Positions 27,278 to 32,000 of a stretch of 32,000 nt of DNA are shown here, one piece after another. A model generated the notes under the pieces. That model was not told the origin of the DNA, searched no databases, and was given only the letters and a program-made list of their open reading frames with translations. The stretch comes from an uncultured beta proteobacterium (GTDB taxonomy: Bacteria; Pseudomonadota; Gammaproteobacteria; Burkholderiales; Burkholderiaceae_C): assembly GCA_963843805.1 (NCBI GenBank), contig CAWJLY010000001.1, positions 1,086,777 through 1,118,776 of the forward strand, in the 5' to 3' direction. The position numbers and the translations under genes are program-made. Position 1 is the stretch's first letter; every line of letters begins with the position of its first letter.

Positions 27278-27894
27278 GCCAGCATCTCCTTGAGTTGCTC
27301 GATGGCGGCCTTGGTCACCAACACCTTCTTGTAATGCACCAGCGACAGCGGATCCGCGTAACGCGGCTCGACCACCAACACGTTGACGAGGTTGCGCGAG
27401 GCCAGAAACAGGTTTTCGTCGACCATGTCGGCGATCACCAGAACCGAATCCAGACCCATGGCCTTGAACTTGTCGGCCAACTGCTTGGTCTTCGGCGAAT
27501 CGACACCGAAACTGTCGACAACCGCCAGGCGGCCTTCACGGGCCAGCTGCGAGAGGATCGCAGCCATGCCGGCGCGATACATCTTCTTGTTGACCTTCTG
27601 CGTGAAGTTTTCGTCGGGGCGATTCGGAAAAATCCGGCCGCCTCCGCGCCACAACGGCGACGAGGTCATGCCGGCGCGTGCGCGGCCGGTGCCTTTCTGG
27701 CGCCACGGCTTCTTCGTCGAGTGCTTGACTTCGGCACGGTCGAGCTGAGCCCGGGTGCCTTGGCGCGCATTGGCCTGGAAGGCAACGACGACCTGGTGGA
27801 CCAGCGCTTCGTTGTATTCGCGGCCGAACACGGTATCGGGAGCATCGACCTGCGAGGCCGACTGCCCTTGATCATTGAGGAGCTCGAGTTGCAT
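27274..27894 (-). CDS. rplD: 50S ribosomal protein L4
   Basis: 206 aa, ...[55 protein letters not shown]... Confidence 0.97.
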   Translation of the reverse strand: MQLELLNDQGQSASQVDAPDTVFGREYNEALVHQVVVAFQANARQGTRAQLDRAEVKHSTKKPWRQKGTGRARAGMTSSPLWRGGGRIFPNRPDENFTQKVNKKMYRAGMAAILSQLAREGRLAVVDSFGVDSPKTKQLADKFKAMGLDSVLVIADMVDENLFLASRNLVNVLVVEPRYADPLSLVHYKKVLVTKAAIEQLKEMLA

Positions 27895-28583
27895 CAGTTG
27901 GCTCCTTTCGGCTCGACGGCGGCCTTCGCCTTGATGGCCGGGCGTACGACCACGTGGCCGTTTTTCGCGCCTGGCACGGCACCGCGAACCAGCATCAGCT
28001 GACGCGCTTCGTCGATGCGGACGATGTCGAGGTTCTGCGTCGTCTTGGTCACATTGCCACGCTGGCCGGACATCTTCTTGCCCGGAAAGACGCGGCCCGG
28101 ATCCTGCGCCATCGAGATCGAACCCGGCACGTTGTGCGACCGGCTGTTGCCGTGCGATGCGCGCTGCGACTTGAAATTGTGGCGCTTGATCGTGCCCGTG
28201 AAACCCTTGCCGATCGAAGTGCCCTGCACGTCGACCATCTGGCCAACCGCGAACAAGCCGACGCCGACTTGCGAGCCGGCCTTGAATTCGGCAGCGACCT
28301 CGGCGGTCACGCGGAATTCCTTCAGGATCTCACCCGCTTCGACACCCGCCTTGGCAAAGTGTCCGGCCGAGGGCTTGTTGACACGCGAGGCCTTGCGCTC
28401 GCCGAATGCCACCTGGATCGCGGCATAGCCGTCGATCTCGGCCGTCTTGACTTGAGCCACTCGGTTGTTCGACACATCGAGCACGGTCACGGGAATGGCG
28501 TCGCCATCGTCCGTGAAGATGCGCATCATGCCCACCTTGCGGCCCAACAATCCCAGGCGCTCGCCCGGATTCGTGGTCGTCAT
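27894..28583 (-). CDS. rplC: 50S ribosomal protein L3
   Basis: 229 aa, ...[33 protein letters not shown]... GGAG RBS upstream of ATG 28583. Confidence 0.97.
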   Translation of the reverse strand: MTTTNPGERLGLLGRKVGMMRIFTDDGDAIPVTVLDVSNNRVAQVKTAEIDGYAAIQVAFGERKASRVNKPSAGHFAKAGVEAGEILKEFRVTAEVAAEFKAGSQVGVGLFAVGQMVDVQGTSIGKGFTGTIKRHNFKSQRASHGNSRSHNVPGSISMAQDPGRVFPGKKMSGQRGNVTKTTQNLDIVRIDEARQLMLVRGAVPGAKNGHVVVRPAIKAKAAVEPKGAN

Positions 28584-28697
28584 GGTTTTTCTCCAGCCTC
28601 TGCAAGAGAGCCTTTGTTTCTAGGACCCGACATCGATTGGCCGGGCTGATGATTTGCAATCCACGCACCTGGGTACGCGTTTGCGGAAAAGCCTGCG

Positions 28698-28726
28698 AGT
28701 ATAGCAGCTGGAAAAAGATCTGCCAA
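28698..28726 (-). promoter_or_regulatory. Candidate sigma70 promoter for rplC and downstream S10-operon genes (TTGGCA-17 nt-TATACT)
   Basis: Minus strand: TTGGCA (28726-28721), 17-nt spacer, TATACT (28703-28698). Predicted leader is about 105 nt before the rplC ATG. Confidence 0.55.
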
Positions 28727-28825
28727 CCCTTGGCGCCGAAACGACTCGAGCGACGGTCGCCCGTCGCTCAAAACTTCCTTGAAGTCACCACCGCAAGCGC
28801 GAAGCGCCTTGCCCATTCAAGCAAC

Positions 28826-28850
28826 GCCCGCGGAGCCGGCTTTGCCGGTC
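28826..28850. repeat. Partial member (copy E) of the hairpin repeat family: GGAGCCGGC-TTT-GCCGGTCC
   Basis: Same central hairpin module as copy A (minus strand GGAGCGGC-TTT-GCCGCTCC) and copy D (GGAGCGGC-TTAC-GCGGCTC). It lies in the rpsJ-rplC spacer next to further perfect hairpins GTCGGGCC-TCC-GGCCCGAC (28876-28894) and GAACGTCC-TCA-GGACGTTC (28907-28927). Confidence 0.5.
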
Positions 28851-28941
28851 CGCCAGGCGGGCCTTGCAGGCCGCGTCGGGCCGGAGGCCCGACTCTTCGC
28901 CAGGCACGAAACGTCCTCAGGACGTTCCGTGTCCGGGCTCA

Positions 28942-28976
28942 GCCCCTTGGGGGCAGGAGCGCAGCGACTGGGGGGC
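28942..28976. repeat. GC-rich hairpin repeat, copy C (GCCCCTTGGGGGCAGGAGCGCAGCGACTGGGGGGC), immediately 3-prime of the rpsJ stop
   Basis: C-run 28943-28946, proximal G5 28949-28953, distal G6 28970-28975. The internal GCAG.GA.CGCAG.GA string is shared with copy B. Confidence 0.6.
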
Positions 28977-28978
28977 CG

Positions 28979-29293
28979 TTACTGAAGTTTGATTTCTACG
29001 TCGACGCCGGCAGGGAGATCGAGCTTCATCAACGCGTCGACGGTCTTGTCGGTGGGGTCGACGATGTCCATCAGGCGCTGGTGGGTACGGATCTCGAACT
29101 GGTCGCGCGACGTCTTGTTGACGTGCGGCGAACGCAGGATGTCGAAGCGCTGCATGCGAGTCGGCAAAGGCACCGGGCCCTTGACGATGGCGCCGGTGCG
29201 TTTCGCGGTCTCGACGATTTCAAGTGCTGATTGGTCGATCAACTTGTAATCGAAGGCTTTCAGGCGGATGCGGATCTTTTGTTTGGTTGACAT
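28979..29293 (-). CDS. rpsJ: 30S ribosomal protein S10
   Basis: 104 aa, [45 protein letters not shown]... Its ATG lies only 5 nt after the tuf stop, with the GGAG RBS inside the tuf 3-prime end. Confidence 0.98.
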   Translation of the reverse strand: MSTKQKIRIRLKAFDYKLIDQSALEIVETAKRTGAIVKGPVPLPTRMQRFDILRSPHVNKTSRDQFEIRTHQRLMDIVDPTDKTVDALMKLDLPAGVDVEIKLQ

Positions 29294-29298
29294 GGCGA

Positions 29299-30489
29299 TT
29301 ACTCCATGATCTTCGCAACGACGCCGGCACCGACGGTGCGGCCGCCTTCACGAATGGCGAAGCGCAGGCCTTCTTCCATCGCGATCGGGTTGATCAGCTT
29401 GACCGTGATGCTCACGTTGTCGCCCGGCATCACCATCTCCTTGTCCTTCGGCAGCTCGACCGCGCCGGTCACGTCGGTCGTGCGGAAGTAGAACTGCGGC
29501 CGGTAGTTGTTGAAGAACGGCGTATGACGGCCACCCTCTTCCTTGCTCAGCACATAGATCTCGGCCGTGAAGTGGGTATGCGGCTTGACCGAACCCGGCT
29601 TGCACAACACCTGGCCGCGCTGCACGTCTTCACGCTTGGTGCCGCGCAGCAGGATGCCGACGTTGTCGCCCGCCTGGCCCTGATCGAGCAGCTTGCGGAA
29701 CATCTCCACGCCGGTGCAGGTGGTCTTCTGCGTCGTCGTGATGCCGACGATCTCGATTTCCTCGCCGACCTTGACGATGCCACGCTCGACCCGGCCGGTC
29801 ACCACCGTGCCGCGACCGGAGATCGAGAAGACGTCTTCGACCGGCATCAGGAAGGCGCCGTCGATCGCGCGCTCGGGCTGCGGAATATAGGTGTCGAGTG
29901 CTTCGGCCAGCTTCATGATCGCCAGCTCGCCCAGCTCGCCCTTGTCGCCTTCCATCGCCAGCTTGGCGCTGCCGTGGATGATCGGGGTGGTGTCGCCCGG
30001 GAAGTCGTACTTGTCGAGCAGCTCGCGCACTTCCATCTCGACCAGCTCGAGCAGCTCGGCGTCGTCGACCATGTCGCACTTGTTCAGGAACACGATGATG
30101 TACGGCACACCGACCTGGCGCGCCAGCAGGATGTGCTCACGCGTTTGCGGCATCGGGCCGTCAGCGGCCGAGCACACCAGGATCGCGCCGTCCATCTGCG
30201 CAGCACCGGTGATCATGTTCTTCACATAGTCGGCGTGCCCGGGGCAGTCGACGTGGGCATAGTGCCGGTTTGCGGTTTCGTACTCGACGTGTGCGGTGTT
30301 GATCGTGATGCCGCGAGCCTTCTCTTCAGGCGCTGCATCGATCTGGTCGTAGCCCTTGGCCTCGCCACCGAACTTGGATGCCAGCACGGTGGTGATCGCC
30401 GCGGTCAGCGTCGTCTTGCCGTGGTCGACGTGGCCGATCGTGCCCACGTTGACGTGTGGCTTGGTTCGCTCGAATTTGCCTTTTGCCAT
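29299..30489 (-). CDS. tuf: Elongation factor Tu
   Basis: 396 aa, [33 protein letters not shown]... Confidence 0.99.
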   Translation of the reverse strand: MAKGKFERTKPHVNVGTIGHVDHGKTTLTAAITTVLASKFGGEAKGYDQIDAAPEEKARGITINTAHVEYETANRHYAHVDCPGHADYVKNMITGAAQMDGAILVCSAADGPMPQTREHILLARQVGVPYIIVFLNKCDMVDDAELLELVEMEVRELLDKYDFPGDTTPIIHGSAKLAMEGDKGELGELAIMKLAEALDTYIPQPERAIDGAFLMPVEDVFSISGRGTVVTGRVERGIVKVGEEIEIVGITTTQKTTCTGVEMFRKLLDQGQAGDNVGILLRGTKREDVQRGQVLCKPGSVKPHTHFTAEIYVLSKEEGGRHTPFFNNYRPQFYFRTTDVTGAVELPKDKEMVMPGDNVSITVKLINPIAMEEGLRFAIREGGRTVGAGVVAKIME

Positions 30490-30609
30490 TTTTCAACTCC
30501 AAAAAGAACTGTTGCCCGTGCCTGTTTAAGGTTTCCGGCCCTGGCCCGCCACGGGCAGCAAGCCAACCACGTTTTGCGTGGCGCCAAAGACCATCTGATG
30601 TCCTGATGT

Positions 30610-30650
30610 CCCACCCCCGGAGCGGCTTACGCGGCTCTCCCTCAAGGGGG
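30610..30650. repeat. GC-rich hairpin repeat, copy D (CCCACCCCCGGAGCGGCTTACGCGGCTCTCCCTCAAGGGGG), in the fusA-tuf spacer, inverted relative to copy A
   Basis: Its reverse complement CCCCCTTGAGGGAGAGCCGCGTAAGCCGCTCCGGGGGTGGG aligns with copy A at about 36 of 41 positions. Confidence 0.7.
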
Positions 30651-30714
30651 CGCCGCCGCCGGCCCGGCAGAGCCGGAACCGTGGCGGCTGCTTGATGGTG
30701 AACAGACGAAGGGT

Positions 30715-32000
30715 TTATTTGCCCCGCGAGGTGATGATTGCGTCGGCGACGTTTTTGGGCGCTTCCGAATAGTGCTTGAACTCCATCGTGTAGGTGGCGC
30801 GGCCTTGCGACATCGAGCGCAGCGTCGTCGAATAACCGAACATCTCCGACAGCGGCACCTCGGCCTTGATGACCTTGCCGCCGCCCGGCATGTCGTCCAT
30901 GCCTTGAACCATGCCGCGGCGTGACGACAGATCGCCCATCACGCTGCCGGCATAGTCTTCGGGGGTTTCGACTTCAACCGCCATCATCGGCTCAAGAATC
31001 ACCGGCGAGGCCTTGCGGCAACCGTCCTTGAAACCAAGCGACGCGGCCATCTTGAACGCGTTTTCGTTCGAGTCGACCTCATGGTACGAGCCGAAGGTCA
31101 GGGTGACTTTCACATCGACCACCGGATAGCCCGCCAGCACGCCAGCAGGCAACGAATCTTCCACGCCCTTGCGCACTGCCGGGATGAACTCCTTCGGCAC
31201 CACGCCACCTTTGGTCGCATCCACGAACTCGAAGCCCGTGCCCGGCTCCTGCGGCTCGATCTTCAACACCACGTGGCCATACTGGCCCTTGCCGCCGGAC
31301 TGGCGGACAAACTTGCCTTCGATGTCCTGCACCGGCTTGCGGATGGTTTCGCGGTAGGCGACCTGCGGCTTGCCGACGTTGGCCTCGACGCCGAATTCAC
31401 GCTTCATGCGATCGACGATGATTTCGAGGTGCAACTCGCCCATGCCCGAGATGATGGTCTGGCCCGATTCCTCGTCGGTCTTGACGCGGAACGACGGGTC
31501 TTCCTGAGCCAGGCGGCCCAGCGCGATGCCCATCTTTTCCTGATCGGGCTTGGTCTTCGGCTCGACCGCTTGCGAAATCACCGGTTCCGGGAAGATCATC
31601 TTTTCCAGCGTGATGATGGCACTCGGATCGCACAGGGTTTCGCCCGTGGTCACATCCTTCAGGCCCACGCAGGCGGCGATGTCGCCGGCCAGAATTTCCT
31701 TGATCTCTTCACGCTGGTTGGCGTGCATCTGCAAGATGCGGCCAATGCGCTCTTTCTTGCCACGGATCGGGTTGTAGACCGAGTCGCCCGACTTCAGCAC
31801 GCCCGAATAGACGCGCACGAACGTGAGCTGGCCGACATACGGGTCGGTCATCAGCTTGAAGGCCAATGCGGCGAATTTCGCTTCGTCGGTACGTTCGCGC
31901 ACAACCGGCTTGTCGTCGTCGTCGGTGCCCGGCACCGGCGGGATATCGGCCGGCGACGGCATGAAGTCGACCACGCCGTCGAGCATGCGCTGCACGCCCT
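30715..32000 (-). CDS. fusA: Elongation factor G (partial; N-terminal part lies beyond the window end)
   Basis: The open frame continues to the window edge. Sequence ...[17 protein letters not shown]...[33 protein letters not shown]...[27 protein letters not shown] is canonical EF-G domains II-V. Confidence 0.98.
   Translation of the reverse strand, partial: GVQRMLDGVVDFMPSPADIPPVPGTDDDDKPVVRERTDEAKFAALAFKLMTDPYVGQLTFVRVYSGVLKSGDSVYNPIRGKKERIGRILQMHANQREEIKEILAGDIAACVGLKDVTTGETLCDPSAIITLEKMIFPEPVISQAVEPKTKPDQEKMGIALGRLAQEDPSFRVKTDEESGQTIISGMGELHLEIIVDRMKREFGVEANVGKPQVAYRETIRKPVQDIEGKFVRQSGGKGQYGHVVLKIEPQEPGTGFEFVDATKGGVVPKEFIPAVRKGVEDSLPAGVLAGYPVVDVKVTLTFGSYHEVDSNENAFKMAASLGFKDGCRKASPVILEPMMAVEVETPEDYAGSVMGDLSSRRGMVQGMDDMPGGGKVIKAEVPLSEMFGYSTTLRSMSQGRATYTMEFKHYSEAPKNVADAIITSRGK

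Noticed and set aside
28580-28816. 78-aa minus-strand ORF inside the rpsJ-rplC spacer
   Set aside because: It overlaps the predicted promoter and the rplC RBS and start. It has no RBS and an unremarkable composition, so the region is better explained as a noncoding structured leader.
29224-30606. 460-aa plus-strand ORF
   Set aside because: It is antisense to tuf, whose identity is unambiguous.
22906-30650. CRISPR array interpretation of the GC-rich repeats
   Set aside because: The copies are kilobases apart, separated by conserved genes, occur in both orientations and are imperfect. They are not a regularly spaced repeat-spacer array.

Overview
High-GC chromosomal window, probably from a betaproteobacterium of the Burkholderiales type (judged from gene order and protein sequences; no search was run). 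It has two parts. (1) Positions 1-13.3 kb are an accessory, scarred region. It holds a partial secreted-protein gene, a trypsin-like protease with no signal peptide, a TonB-dependent receptor, a decayed higBA-like remnant and acetate kinase. It also holds an intact vapBC toxin-antitoxin cassette with a promoter and operator, a frameshifted N-terminal stub of a P-type ATPase, and an IS66-family element with tnpB and tnpC but no tnpA. That element abuts the 3-prime fragment of a Crp/Fnr regulator gene. A cupin (cysteine-dioxygenase-like) plus multi-rhodanese pair and an orphan ORF coupled to a CapA-family gene complete this part. (2) Positions 13.26-32 kb, all on the minus strand, hold the initiator tRNA-fMet and the ribosomal-protein superoperon. 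The order is fusA(partial)-tuf-rpsJ / rplC-rplD-rplW-rplB-rpsS-rplV-rpsC-rplP-rpmC-rpsQ / peroxiredoxin / rplN...rplO-secY-rpmJ-rpsM-rpsK-rpsD-rpoA-rplQ. Four things deserve a second look. First, rpsD, secY and rpsC each carry a net one-nucleotide excess that splits the reading frame; sequence error is the most likely cause. Second, a peroxiredoxin gene sits between the S10 and spc operons. Third, a family of GC-rich C-run/G-run hairpin repeats occupies spacers that are normally very short. Fourth, a 395-nt structured spacer with a near-consensus sigma70 promoter separates rpsJ from rplC. I found no CRISPR array, no recognisable multi-gene defence system and no convincing novel multi-gene system. 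The many long plus-strand ORFs antisense to real genes are high-GC artefacts.
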